From Candidatus Hydrogenedentota bacterium (lineage in GTDB: Bacteria > Hydrogenedentota > Hydrogenedentia > Hydrogenedentales > SLHB01), in assembly GCA_034408725.1 (NCBI GenBank), contig JAWXCN010000015.1:1-45856 (forward strand): a stretch of DNA of 45,856 nt, given 5' to 3'. The notes below the pieces were generated by a model, which had not been told where the DNA came from, did no database searches, and saw only the letters and a list, made by a program, of their open reading frames with translations. The translations under genes were made by a program, and so were the position numbers. Shown here piece by piece: positions 29,960 to 39,282 of the stretch. The stretch's first letter is position 1; each line of letters begins with the position of its first letter.

Positions 29960-30937
29960 ATGCGAATTCAGGTGGTTGGAGCGGGTAGTTGGGGGTTGGC
30001 GCTTGCGCGGCTTGTCGCGCTGAATGGTCATGCGGTGCGCCTGTCCTGCCGCGAGGAAGATGGTCCGGACATGCTGCGCAACGAACGGCGCAGTCCGCAT
30101 TTTCTTCCCGGAATCAAAATTCCCGAATCGATCGAGATTGCGGCCAGCGTTGATCCCTTGAGCGAGTTGGCCGTTCTTGCCGTGCCGTCGCATGCGATGC
30201 GCGCGGTTGCGAGCAAACAACGATTTTCGCCGGAAACCATTCTTGTAAACGTCGCGAAGGGCATTGAAAACGACACGCTATTGTGCATGCACGAAGTGAT
30301 CGAGCAGGTGGCCGCGCCTTGTCCAGTCGTTACTCTGTCGGGCCCCAGCCATGCCGAGGAAGTCGCACGCGATTTGCCCGCATCGCTCGTTGTTGCGGGG
30401 CGCGACATGGCCGCGTGCGACCGCGCGCAGCAAGCATTTGGCGCGAACATGTTCCGCGTGTACACGAATCCGGATATTGTCGGCGTTGCGTTGGGCGGCG
30501 CGTTAAAAAACGTCATCGCGATTGCCGCGGGCGTATGCGATGGATTTGGTTTGGGCGACAACGCGAAGGCTGCTCTGATTACGCGGGGGCTAGCCGAAAT
30601 GGCGAGGCTCGGCGTAGCGCTCGGTGCTGACCCGTTGACCTTTTCGGGATTGAGCGGCATGGGCGATCTCATTGTCACATGCGAGAGCCGGCATTCGCGC
30701 AACCGCGCCGTCGGCGAGAACATTGCCTCGGGCAAAACGCTCGAAGAAATTCTCGGTTCGTCGCCCATGGTGGCGGAAGGTGTGCGCACTGCGCGCGCTG
30801 CATTGGCGTTGGCGCGCAAACACTGCGTCGACATGCCCATCACGGAACAAGTTTATAACGTGCTGTACGAAGGGGCGAACGCGCGCGATGCCGTTATTGC
30901 ATTGATGACGCGCGACGCAAAGCCGGAGCGGGACTAG
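29960..30937 (+). CDS. gpsA: NAD(P)H-dependent glycerol-3-phosphate dehydrogenase
   Basis: GAGSWG, KGIE, SGPSHAEEV, GALKNVIAIAAG, GMGDLIVTC..SRN. Confidence 0.96.
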   Translation: MRIQVVGAGSWGLALARLVALNGHAVRLSCREEDGPDMLRNERRSPHFLPGIKIPESIEIAASVDPLSELAVLAVPSHAMRAVASKQRFSPETILVNVAKGIENDTLLCMHEVIEQVAAPCPVVTLSGPSHAEEVARDLPASLVVAGRDMAACDRAQQAFGANMFRVYTNPDIVGVALGGALKNVIAIAAGVCDGFGLGDNAKAALITRGLAEMARLGVALGADPLTFSGLSGMGDLIVTCESRHSRNRAVGENIASGKTLEEILGSSPMVAEGVRTARAALALARKHCVDMPITEQVYNVLYEGANARDAVIALMTRDAKPERD

Positions 30938-32017
30938 CTATTTCCGGAACCGGAATGGCTTTCGCCTTGGATGCGGTACGGACGCAATCGCGTGCATCTC
31001 GGATTCGGTTGCTTCGATGTAGTGCGGATCTTCGTCCATGTCCAGCGATTCCATCACCGCGGCCAACGGTGTTGGCGCGCTGATCATTTCCGGGCCCGGC
31101 AAATGTTCGGGCACCGCCGCCCAAATGGGTGGGGCTTTCTTCTCTTCCTTTTTATTCGGCACCAGGCTGTAGCCGACGATGTCCGCGAGATCGAGCAAGA
31201 ACGCCAGCGCCAGAATCAGATATTCGAGCGGACCGGCGGTGCGGAAGTTAAACAATTTCTGGAACACCGCGAAAAACGGCGAATCCAGTTTTACCGCGGG
31301 TGGCATTGGCGTACCCGTCAGGGCAGCGAGGTCTTTGATCTGAACGCGTAGATCATCTTGCAGCTTTGTAACGTCCGCCAAAGTGGCAGCCGACGCCGTC
31401 ATCAGAATGGTGTCCGCCTCTTTTTTCTTTTCCAGCGCGGCGTTAATGTTCTGAAGTTCCACTTGCGCGGTTTTCGCGAGCAGGGTGAGTTCGTACTCTT
31501 CCTGGCGGGCTTCGGTTCCATAACCTGCCGGGCGTTCGCGCAATCCCTTGATTTCGGATTCGAGTTCGCCTTCCTGCCTGGCGACTTGCCGTTCCAGCTC
31601 CTGTTTGGTGGTGTTCATCTTTGTTTGCGCTGACGCTAGAAATTCCTCGTAGGCGGAACGGACTTTCGTTTCGGAGTAATTTAAAAAGAATTGCCGGTCC
31701 GCGGTCCGATATAGCACGTCCATGTTAAATGCGATGGAAATCGAAGCGACAATCGTTAAACCGAGCAGGCCCGCTACGTTCAGGCGCTTGTGTCCGTCCA
31801 TGATCGACAACTTTAGCGCGAACAGCATCAGCCCAATTGCGACCGACAACGCCAGCGCAAATACGGACAACTCGTGTACGCGGCCAGGCGAAATGGTGAT
31901 CGGGAACGTCGGATTGGGAAGTATCGAATCGCTCAGGCTCACATACGTCGTCCAGATGGACACGATGGTGAATAAAATCATCGCGACGAAAATGGCAAAC
32001 CGATTCGCACCCTTCAT
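30938..32017 (-). CDS. Membrane protein with a long coiled coil (DUF4407-like), function unknown
   Basis: Three N-terminal TM segments, E/K/Q-rich heptads, C-terminal TM; GAGGGGG SD before ATG 32017. Confidence 0.8.
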   Translation of the reverse strand: MKGANRFAIFVAMILFTIVSIWTTYVSLSDSILPNPTFPITISPGRVHELSVFALALSVAIGLMLFALKLSIMDGHKRLNVAGLLGLTIVASISIAFNMDVLYRTADRQFFLNYSETKVRSAYEEFLASAQTKMNTTKQELERQVARQEGELESEIKGLRERPAGYGTEARQEEYELTLLAKTAQVELQNINAALEKKKEADTILMTASAATLADVTKLQDDLRVQIKDLAALTGTPMPPAVKLDSPFFAVFQKLFNFRTAGPLEYLILALAFLLDLADIVGYSLVPNKKEEKKAPPIWAAVPEHLPGPEMISAPTPLAAVMESLDMDEDPHYIEATESEMHAIASVPHPRRKPFRFRK

Positions 32018-32130
32018 GGGAACCCCCTCACATAGTGATGTGCTGCATTCCAAAAAGGTGTCCGCTTCACCCCATCGAGTACGGCTATGTTATACACCGG
32101 ATTGCGATTAAGTTCCACGGAAGCGAGGGG

Positions 32131-32170
32131 AAGAGAGGAAGTCGGGAAGATGGGAAGGCAGGAAGACGGG
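32131..32170. repeat. Five tandem degenerate octamers AAGNNNGG
   Basis: aagagagg aagtcggg aagatggg aaggcagg aagacggg. Confidence 0.7.
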
Positions 32171-32287
32171 AAAGCTAGACAGAGGTACGATAGAGTCTAA
32201 CGTGGGGTTGAAATTCTGAGCAAGCGGGAAATTAGTGGGTTCGTCGGTGTCCGTCCATATTTGTATGCGGTATTCCCAATGTCGCGT

Positions 32288-32500
32288 TCATGCTACTCCT
32301 TCGAGTTGTTCCAATAATGTCTGCACGTGTGCCGCGGTGGCTCGGCTCGCTTGCGTACAAAATAATTCGATGTGGCATTCGTCCGCGCAGACGGGACAGT
32401 AGGTATGGGAAGCGCCGCCTTCCGGCCCATGACCATGAGGCGCATCGGCCCAGCCGGTTTCCCCGCGAACGCGCTTGCATTTGCAGCATTGTACCGTCAT
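32288..32500 (-). CDS. 70-aa Cys/His-rich putative zinc-binding protein
   Basis: Strong GGAGGAGG SD; CCKCKRVR...W...SHTYCPVC. Confidence 0.75.
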   Translation of the reverse strand: MTVQCCKCKRVRGETGWADAPHGHGPEGGASHTYCPVCADECHIELFCTQASRATAAHVQTLLEQLEGVA

Positions 32501-32575
32501 GCTCGAAATCCTCCTCCGCCGGAAATGGTTATCGGCAGGAGTCATCCAAACCTTGAGCCGCAAGGACTTGCACAC

Positions 32576-32989
32576 ATGACTTACCCGCACTGGAAACGCA
32601 CGCCCGAGAACGAGTTAGACTGGTTCGAGTCGCTTATCAACCTCGCCCGCTATCTCCGAGGCCCCGACGGTTGCCCCTGGGACCGCGAACAGACTGCACT
32701 CAGCTTCGCACAGTACGCCCGTAAGGAAAACGACGAGCTCGTCGAAGCCCTCGAAAATGCCGACAATGACAATGCCGAAGAAGAAATGGGCGACACTCTG
32801 TTCGTCCTGCTCGCGTCCGTAGCCGCTGCCGAAGCCGAAGGGCGCTTCTCGCTAAAGTCGGCACTCGAACGGGTTCACGAAAAAATGATCCGGCGGCATG
32901 ATCATGTTTTTGGCGAAAATAAGGCACGAACGCCGGAGGAGGCCATCGCGGCGTGGAATCGCGTTAAACGCGAGGAAGGGAGGAATTGA
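32576..32989 (+). CDS. Single-domain MazG-like NTP pyrophosphohydrolase
   Basis: LRGPDGCPWDREQT, EEEMGD, KMIRRHDHVFG, WNRVK. Confidence 0.9.
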   Translation: MTYPHWKRTPENELDWFESLINLARYLRGPDGCPWDREQTALSFAQYARKENDELVEALENADNDNAEEEMGDTLFVLLASVAAAEAEGRFSLKSALERVHEKMIRRHDHVFGENKARTPEEAIAAWNRVKREEGRN

Positions 32990-33025
32990 GCTGGCGAATT
33001 ATCATGTGGCCGTCGCGCGGTATTG

Positions 33026-33955
33026 CTACTCCACAACCACGTCACGCGTCCCGTTGGCGTGAATCCGCACCATCACATCCTGTCCTGACGCCTTGTGTCG
33101 CGTGATGTTCATCACGAGATGCGCGCCGCGCACGTTGTTGTCGGCGTAGTCGCGGGCGGCGGCTTCGTCGTTGAAGATATCGATGTTGACGTTGTCGTAG
33201 CCCTCGCAGGAATTGCGAATCGCTTTGCCGATGGTTTTCAATTCGTCGTCGCTGATGTCGGGCGAAACCGCGCAGATCATGCCTCGCAATGATGTCACGG
33301 CTGTGCCGGGTTTGCTCGCGGCAAGTTCGGCGGCCTGTTCTGGAGTGCGGCCCCACTCTTTAATGGAGATGTGGCCGGCTTCGCCGTAGTCAACGTGTTG
33401 TGTGGCTGGCGTCGCGTCAACCGGTTCGGGTTCAACCGGCGTTGAGACCTCGGTGGTGTCATCCATTTCTTCGGAACCAGAGTGATTGGTGTCCTCAAGG
33501 TCGGTGCGCAGTTTTTGGTTTTCGCGGCCAAGCTCACCCACGAGATACGCGAGCGCGGCGTCCACCGTTTCTTGTAACCGATCTACGTCTTGCCGCAAAT
33601 CAGCGATTTCCGTGCGCAAGGCTGTTACATCGTCACTCTGTTCGGGTTCCATCGGCAGCGGCGAAGCGCCTTTCGAGATTTCGACGGATGGCGCGGCCGA
33701 TTCAGCGCGCGCAATCTTCGTGTCGGCGAGTTCTTGCAACTGCGCTTTCAATTCCTCGACAGGCGACAGTTCGGTGGCTGGCGCAGGGTTATCGAGCAAT
33801 GGTCCGGGCGCTGGCGGAGCAACTATTTCCACCGCGGACGCAGATACTTCCGCGTGCGCAACGGCACCTTCACCAACCGGCGACGCGCCGCTTCCGCAGC
33901 CCGCGAACAAGCCGCACGCAATCATCAGCGCTATCCAAGGTGTAATTCGCAGCAT
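33026..33955 (-). CDS. Lipoprotein with coiled coil, function unknown
   Basis: Lipobox LFAG^C, Pro/Glu-rich linkers, LRTEIADLRQDVDRL heptads. Confidence 0.75.
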   Translation of the reverse strand: MLRITPWIALMIACGLFAGCGSGASPVGEGAVAHAEVSASAVEIVAPPAPGPLLDNPAPATELSPVEELKAQLQELADTKIARAESAAPSVEISKGASPLPMEPEQSDDVTALRTEIADLRQDVDRLQETVDAALAYLVGELGRENQKLRTDLEDTNHSGSEEMDDTTEVSTPVEPEPVDATPATQHVDYGEAGHISIKEWGRTPEQAAELAASKPGTAVTSLRGMICAVSPDISDDELKTIGKAIRNSCEGYDNVNIDIFNDEAAARDYADNNVRGAHLVMNITRHKASGQDVMVRIHANGTRDVVVE

Positions 33956-34069
33956 GAATCTAACACTATAGCATGCAATTGGCCCCACGACACCAGTCTT
34001 GTTGTCAAGCCTAACGATGGCGCACCGCGCCGGGTTGACCACGTCAAAGCGACGCGCCGAATTTTCAAT

Positions 34070-34105
34070 CCGTCCGTGGTGTCCGTGCCCGTCCGTGTTC
34101 GTCCA
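34070..34105. repeat. Short GTCCGTG tandem repeats
   Basis: ccgtccgtggtgtccgtgcccgtccgtgttcgtcc. Confidence 0.55.
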
Positions 34106-34194
34106 CCAGGTTGATTCCCACTGCCTGCTCCTGCAAGATCACCCGGCGCTGCCTACCCATGATCGGCTGCACCAGCGCCATAAGGAGTCAATTC

Positions 34195-35127
34195 ATGAAG
34201 ACCGGCATTTCCAGGAGAATGTTTATGCAAACCACAGGGGCCGCCGCGACGGCAGCGGCGTTGGGCGCGGGAACGGCGCACGCCGCGCGGAATTACAAAA
34301 TCTCGCTTGCGGCGTGGTCGCTGCACCGCACCATCGGTGAAGGCGAAGGCAAGACGCCGATGCTCGACATGCCGAAAATGTCGCGGCAGGAATGGGACAT
34401 CGAAGCCATCGAGCTGGTGAACCGCATGCTCGCCGAGCACGAGAAATCGTTTCCGGATATGAAGCCTTATCTCGACACGCTGGCAAAAAACGCCGCCGAT
34501 CACAAGGTCAAGATTCTCCTGATCATGGTCGATGGCGAAGGCAACATCGGTGGCGAAGAAAAAGACGGGCGCGAGGACGCGGTGAAGCGCCACTCGAAGT
34601 GGGTGGACATCGCGGAGTATCTCGGCTGCCATTCAATTCGCATGAATTGGGCCGGCGGCGCGCAAGGCGTCGAAAAAGACCCCGCCGCGCTGGATAGTTT
34701 CGTGAAACGTTCCGTGCCGCACTTCCACAAGCTCTGCGAGTACGCCGACACGAAAAACATCAATGTCATCATCGAAAACCACGGCGGCGCGTCGTCCGAT
34801 CCCGCGGCGATGGAAAAGCTCGTGCCCGCGGTCGATCACCCACGCTTCGGCACCCTGCCGGACTTCGGCAATTTCCCGAAAGGCGTGGACATCTACGACG
34901 GCATCGACCGGCTCATGAAATTTGCGAAAGCCGTCAGCGCAAAATGCCACGATTTCGACGACACCACCGGCGAGGAAACGACGAAGGATTACGAGCGTCT
35001 GATCGAGATCGTCGTTGATAAACACAAGTACAACGGCTTCATCGGCATCGAATACGAGGGAGAGCGGCTGTCCGAACCGGAGGGGATCAAACGCTGCAAG
35101 GCGCTGCTGGAGAAGTTGAAGGGGTAA
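34195..35127 (+). CDS. Tat-exported sugar phosphate isomerase/epimerase (AP endonuclease 2 TIM barrel)
   Basis: SRRMFM signal, ISLAAWSLHR, IENHGG, LPDFGNF, GIEYEG; AAGGAG SD. Confidence 0.88.
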   Translation: MKTGISRRMFMQTTGAAATAAALGAGTAHAARNYKISLAAWSLHRTIGEGEGKTPMLDMPKMSRQEWDIEAIELVNRMLAEHEKSFPDMKPYLDTLAKNAADHKVKILLIMVDGEGNIGGEEKDGREDAVKRHSKWVDIAEYLGCHSIRMNWAGGAQGVEKDPAALDSFVKRSVPHFHKLCEYADTKNINVIIENHGGASSDPAAMEKLVPAVDHPRFGTLPDFGNFPKGVDIYDGIDRLMKFAKAVSAKCHDFDDTTGEETTKDYERLIEIVVDKHKYNGFIGIEYEGERLSEPEGIKRCKALLEKLKG

Positions 35128-35137
35128 AGATTTATTG

Positions 35138-35201
35138 TCGCGTCTCTCGTTCCCAAGCTCCTCGCTTGGGAACGAGAGACGCGAAGCTCCAGCTTCGCGT
35201 C
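35138..35201. repeat. REP-like double palindrome between convergent genes, family E
   Basis: Perfect 21-bp IR 35138-35158/35164-35184 overlapping an 11-bp IR 35178-35188/35191-35201. Confidence 0.85.
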
Positions 35202-36338
35202 CTACAATGGAAAGCGCGCCAATAGTGGAATCGCGCGGCAAGCCAGTTAGAAGTATTTTTCGTCCCGTTCGATTCCAATGGATTGGTAGCCTACGGTATC
35301 CGCCGCGGCAAGTGTGGAACCAGAGCCTGCGAACGGATCAACGATAACCCCTTTGCCGAGCGGGAGCGCGCCACGAACGATTTCACGAAGAAATGCTTGC
35401 GGTTTCAGGCTCGGGTGCGGTGCAAGCGCACGTTCCTTGGCGTGAGCCGGCGCCGATTTAATGACGTCCCCGAACGGTTTGTCCTTTGATGGTCTCCGGA
35501 ATCCTCCGGCTTTCCACTTTCTCAGGTTGTCTTGAACCCGGCCCTCGATTGGCTTGCGAAATAAAATCCACGGCTCCCACATCGAACGCGGCATAACGCT
35601 CACGCCGGAGAACTCTTCATGCGCAGCTTTCGGCCTGTCGCCGCCGCGCATGGTCATCACGAGTCGGACAATTTCTCCCCGGCGTTCCAGGCCCGCTTTG
35701 TCCAGGGCATTTGAGACTACGAACGAAAGCAGCGGGTTTGCAGCAACAATTACATTTGCGCCCGGTACGAGTTTTTGCAAGAGCACCTTTCCCCACAAGA
35801 AAAAGTACGTTTCCAATTCCCGGAGTTGCGCGTCCGTTAGCGTAGTGAACCGTGGAAGAGGCGAACGTGTATGTCCGTCAAACGAAGGAGGAATTCGCCA
35901 TACACCTCCCTTGCCGTTTCTCAATTTGGATTGCTGATTCTCCGAATATTCGTGCAGTCCGTATGGCGGATCGGTGACGACTGCGTGAATGCTGCAATCT
36001 TTTTGACTTTCGAGCCACTCCATACAATCTGCATGAATCAACGTTGCGCGGCCATGGATGAACGGCGTGTGCTTCGCATCGATGCCGGGTATTTGGCGTT
36101 GCGCAATGGAAACGCCATTCTTGCGCACGCGATACACTCCGCGTTCTTCACGGACGAATAGCTCCGGGGTATTTAATCGCAAATAGGAACGAACAGAAGA
36201 CATTGGCGTGTCGCCAATTTTTTCGTTGATGAGCTGGCCGATTTGTTTTGGAGTCAGTGCGGTGGCGCTTTCTGAAAGCGCCTGCACAATTGCATCGCGC
36301 ACGCGGCCCGGTGCGAGCTTTTGCTGTTTTCTGCGCAT
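35202..36338 (-). pseudogene. Beta-class N6A/N4C DNA methyltransferase with N-terminal HTH-like domain, probably truncated by a nonsense codon at 35247-35249
   Basis: TDPPYG precedes HPSLKP and DPFAGSGST; reads GIERDEKYF*LACRAIPLLARFPL*, so the stop interrupts the expected final helix. Confidence 0.7.
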
Positions 36339-36343
36339 GCAAA

Positions 36344-36372
36344 AGGCTAGACGTCAGGACGTCTTTTGTCAA
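36344..36372 (-). promoter_or_regulatory. Leaderless sigma70 promoter of the MTase with a palindromic spacer
   Basis: TTGACA-17-TAGCCT, 5 nt before ATG; AGACGTC-AG-GACGTCT palindrome at 36349-36364. Confidence 0.75.
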
Positions 36373-36471
36373 GGTGCATGCTGCGCTATTGCCGAAGCGT
36401 ATAGGCAAGGATATGGAAGGTACTCTAATTCGCGTCGCCTCGGTCGCGGTCCGCGACGCGGAAGCCGAATA

Positions 36472-39192
36472 CTACCGTTTCTTAATTATCACCGCCCAGT
36501 CCTTGTCCGTGTCCGATGGTGGATTCCCGAGGGGTTGTGGCGCACCCCCGGTGATGTCGTTTCCATTGACGGGTTCGCCGCCCGAGCGCGGGTTGAACCA
36601 GCGCGCGCGGTAGTTTCCGTCCGGCAACGTTACGGTGAGACCCGTCGCGGGCAATGCGTAGATCGCGTAGGCTTCGCCGGGTTTTGCGAGGCACCACGCG
36701 TCACCGCCATTGACCACGTCATTCGCAACTTCCATCTGCGAGAACGGCAGTCGTTTGAAAAACTCGAGCGCGAACCGGGTTTGGTCCCACATCGCGTCCC
36801 GTGAACGCCAGTCTTCGCAGTCGATGTCGTCGTTCGGATGGCTTACGCCAAACAACCATTCCGCGCCCGAACCACCCGCCATCAAATTACCCCAGAGCGC
36901 GTGTTTGCGGACATCGTTGTGTTCGGGATCGACACTGTCCGGCACGACGCCTTCGCGCGCGGGCCCGATTTCGTCGTTGCACACAAACCATTGTTTGCCC
37001 GCGTCGCGCGATGCCGCGATCCATTTAATGGTGTCCGCATACGTTTCTTCCATGTGCCCAAACTGCATTGAAGGGCCGTCGATATTTTTGTCTCCGGCCA
37101 TCGCCGCATAGACTTCATCGCGCTGGCTGGGGAACGTGTGGATGACAATGGGATGGTCATAGGGATCGAGCGCGCGCGTGTGCGCGGCAAACGCGTGGCG
37201 CTGCTCGTTGGTGTTGGTGTTTTCCTCGCCAAGGTTCCACACGAGGGCGGGATGGTGCGCGAACCGCGCAATGAGTTCGCGATGGTAGAGCCGGCGTTCC
37301 GGACCGAGTTCGCCGCCATCGAGCAACTGATCATTCTCCTGTTCCTGCAACACGACGTGCATCATCAGGCCGAGACGGTCCATGTGCCGGAACACAATTT
37401 CCCACTGATCGAGTTTGCTGCAATCAAAGCGGAAGCGTTCCTCTTCGCCGGTCCAGGGCCATACGTCTTTGCCATCGCCCTTCACGTTCATTGTGAGGAA
37501 GTAGACCGCGTTCATTTTTTTGCCCGCGAGATAGTTCAGCGCGCCGATAAGATTTTTTCCTTTGCCGCCCTGCCAGGTGGGATCGCCGTTGCGAAAGTCC
37601 TGCGCATGCGGTTCGTACCGGTGGCGCGGCTTGGTCGCATCGAAGTCCGTGAATGCGAGCAGGTTCTCTGGGCTGTCCGCGCCGCCTTTGATGTACCACT
37701 TTTTTGTTTCCGCGAAGCGCAGGTAGCGTTTGCCAACGTATTGGAGCGCGCCGCTACGGTAAAACCCTTCGGCGAGCGGGTCCGCCGGGCCGACGCTAAA
37801 GGACGCCGACTTACCGTCGAAGGCAACTGCAGTGCCGGCATCCGATTTTTCATCGATTGCTACGCCCGCGCCCGTGCGGAACGATGCGGTGTGCGTCCAT
37901 TCGCCTTCGGCGTCCGGCATGAAGTGTACGCGCCACGCATTGCCGCTGTCGGCGCTGGATTCCGCGGAATTGCCATCCGCTGCGTAATACCCCGGCACGA
38001 TGTGCGTAACGTCGCCATTTTTGAAAGTGACGTCAAGCCGGAAGTCGGTAAAAGGATTCGGGCTTCCACTCTCACTGGACGCTGGCCCTTCAAATGTCAG
38101 CGTCACCGGCTGCCACTTTGCGTGCGCCGAGGCATCGCCGGCCGCGTAACCGCATGCGCGCGCGAGACTGCCGATAACATGGTTGAGTTTTGTGGAGCGG
38201 TCGCCGCCTTTCAGGTCTTCCCAGTCGCCTTGCGCGCACACCAGCACGACGTTCAGGCTTGGGATGACCACGCTCGAGTTGCCGCGCGCGCCAATCGACA
38301 TGAATGTGTCCGCGGGCGCGTCGGGCCACATGCGCGCGTCAGGATGCGAGCCTCCGGTTTCGTTGAACCACCAGTTGAACCCATAGACACCCGGGCCTTC
38401 GTTGCTGAAATGGTTCGAGCCGCCGCCGTAGCTGCCGATATTGAGGTAGTCATTCGTTTCCTTATCCGAAGATAACGCGAGATCTTTCGCGGCAAACGGT
38501 TTGCAGTAATCCTCGAAATAGTGTTTGGGTAAAATCTGCTTGCCGTTCCACGTTCCCTTGTTCAACCAGAACCACGAGATGCGCGCGAAATCGCGCGGCG
38601 AGGCCGACAACCGCGCACGATCGGTCCATTCAAGACCGTCCTGCAATTGCAGCGCGCCCAATCGGTTTGCATGCGCCGCGACAGACTGTGCGTCCGCCTT
38701 ATAGACTTTCTCGAACAGGGTCTTTTGATAGAGTTGAATTGCAAAATCGTTATACGCCCACGTCGCGCCGGGCGCTTCTGGCCGCGCGTAACCGCTGGTC
38801 ATCGCACCGAGATGCCGAAAGGTCATCGAGGCATCCTTCGGTTGCAGCTCCCACCCGAAGTCCGCAACGGGCTGGTCCACGCTTTTCACAAGACCTTCTT
38901 CAATCGCGAAGAACAGCAAAGTGCTCAAGACCGGTTTCGCGGACGACGCCCAGTCACCGATCTTCGCCTGATCGCCCCAGGTCTTTACGACAAAACCCTC
39001 CTTGACAATGCACCCGCGTCCACCGAGGTCTTCGGCGATGTTCTCGAGTGTTCGCGCGTTGACCCCGAGTGATGCCGGATCGCGTTGCTCCCATTCTGTT
39101 CCAGGATAGACATTCTCCGCGCTTGCCAGAGAGGCGAGAACAACTGTTGCGAGAAAGGCGAAGATGGTTCGGCGCGTTGTATGCTGATTCAC
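36472..39192 (-). CDS. Secreted fusion: beta-lactamase-like serine hydrolase + DUF5060/DUF4038-like glycoside-hydrolase module
   Basis: Signal peptide, SSAK (SxxK), YND, PGYYAADGN..W.VHF.P..EGEW, WNLGEEN, NDEIGP, WFNPRSG. Confidence 0.8.
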   Translation of the reverse strand: MNQHTTRRTIFAFLATVVLASLASAENVYPGTEWEQRDPASLGVNARTLENIAEDLGGRGCIVKEGFVVKTWGDQAKIGDWASSAKPVLSTLLFFAIEEGLVKSVDQPVADFGWELQPKDASMTFRHLGAMTSGYARPEAPGATWAYNDFAIQLYQKTLFEKVYKADAQSVAAHANRLGALQLQDGLEWTDRARLSASPRDFARISWFWLNKGTWNGKQILPKHYFEDYCKPFAAKDLALSSDKETNDYLNIGSYGGGSNHFSNEGPGVYGFNWWFNETGGSHPDARMWPDAPADTFMSIGARGNSSVVIPSLNVVLVCAQGDWEDLKGGDRSTKLNHVIGSLARACGYAAGDASAHAKWQPVTLTFEGPASSESGSPNPFTDFRLDVTFKNGDVTHIVPGYYAADGNSAESSADSGNAWRVHFMPDAEGEWTHTASFRTGAGVAIDEKSDAGTAVAFDGKSASFSVGPADPLAEGFYRSGALQYVGKRYLRFAETKKWYIKGGADSPENLLAFTDFDATKPRHRYEPHAQDFRNGDPTWQGGKGKNLIGALNYLAGKKMNAVYFLTMNVKGDGKDVWPWTGEEERFRFDCSKLDQWEIVFRHMDRLGLMMHVVLQEQENDQLLDGGELGPERRLYHRELIARFAHHPALVWNLGEENTNTNEQRHAFAAHTRALDPYDHPIVIHTFPSQRDEVYAAMAGDKNIDGPSMQFGHMEETYADTIKWIAASRDAGKQWFVCNDEIGPAREGVVPDSVDPEHNDVRKHALWGNLMAGGSGAEWLFGVSHPNDDIDCEDWRSRDAMWDQTRFALEFFKRLPFSQMEVANDVVNGGDAWCLAKPGEAYAIYALPATGLTVTLPDGNYRARWFNPRSGGEPVNGNDITGGAPQPLGNPPSDTDKDWAVIIKKR

Positions 39193-39282
39193 TAAAAATG
39201 TCCTCTAGTTTTTTATTGCGTCATTCGTAGAAGCGCGCGCATTTTTCATCCGCATGCCCATTTGGCAAGGGTTTCGCGCGGA

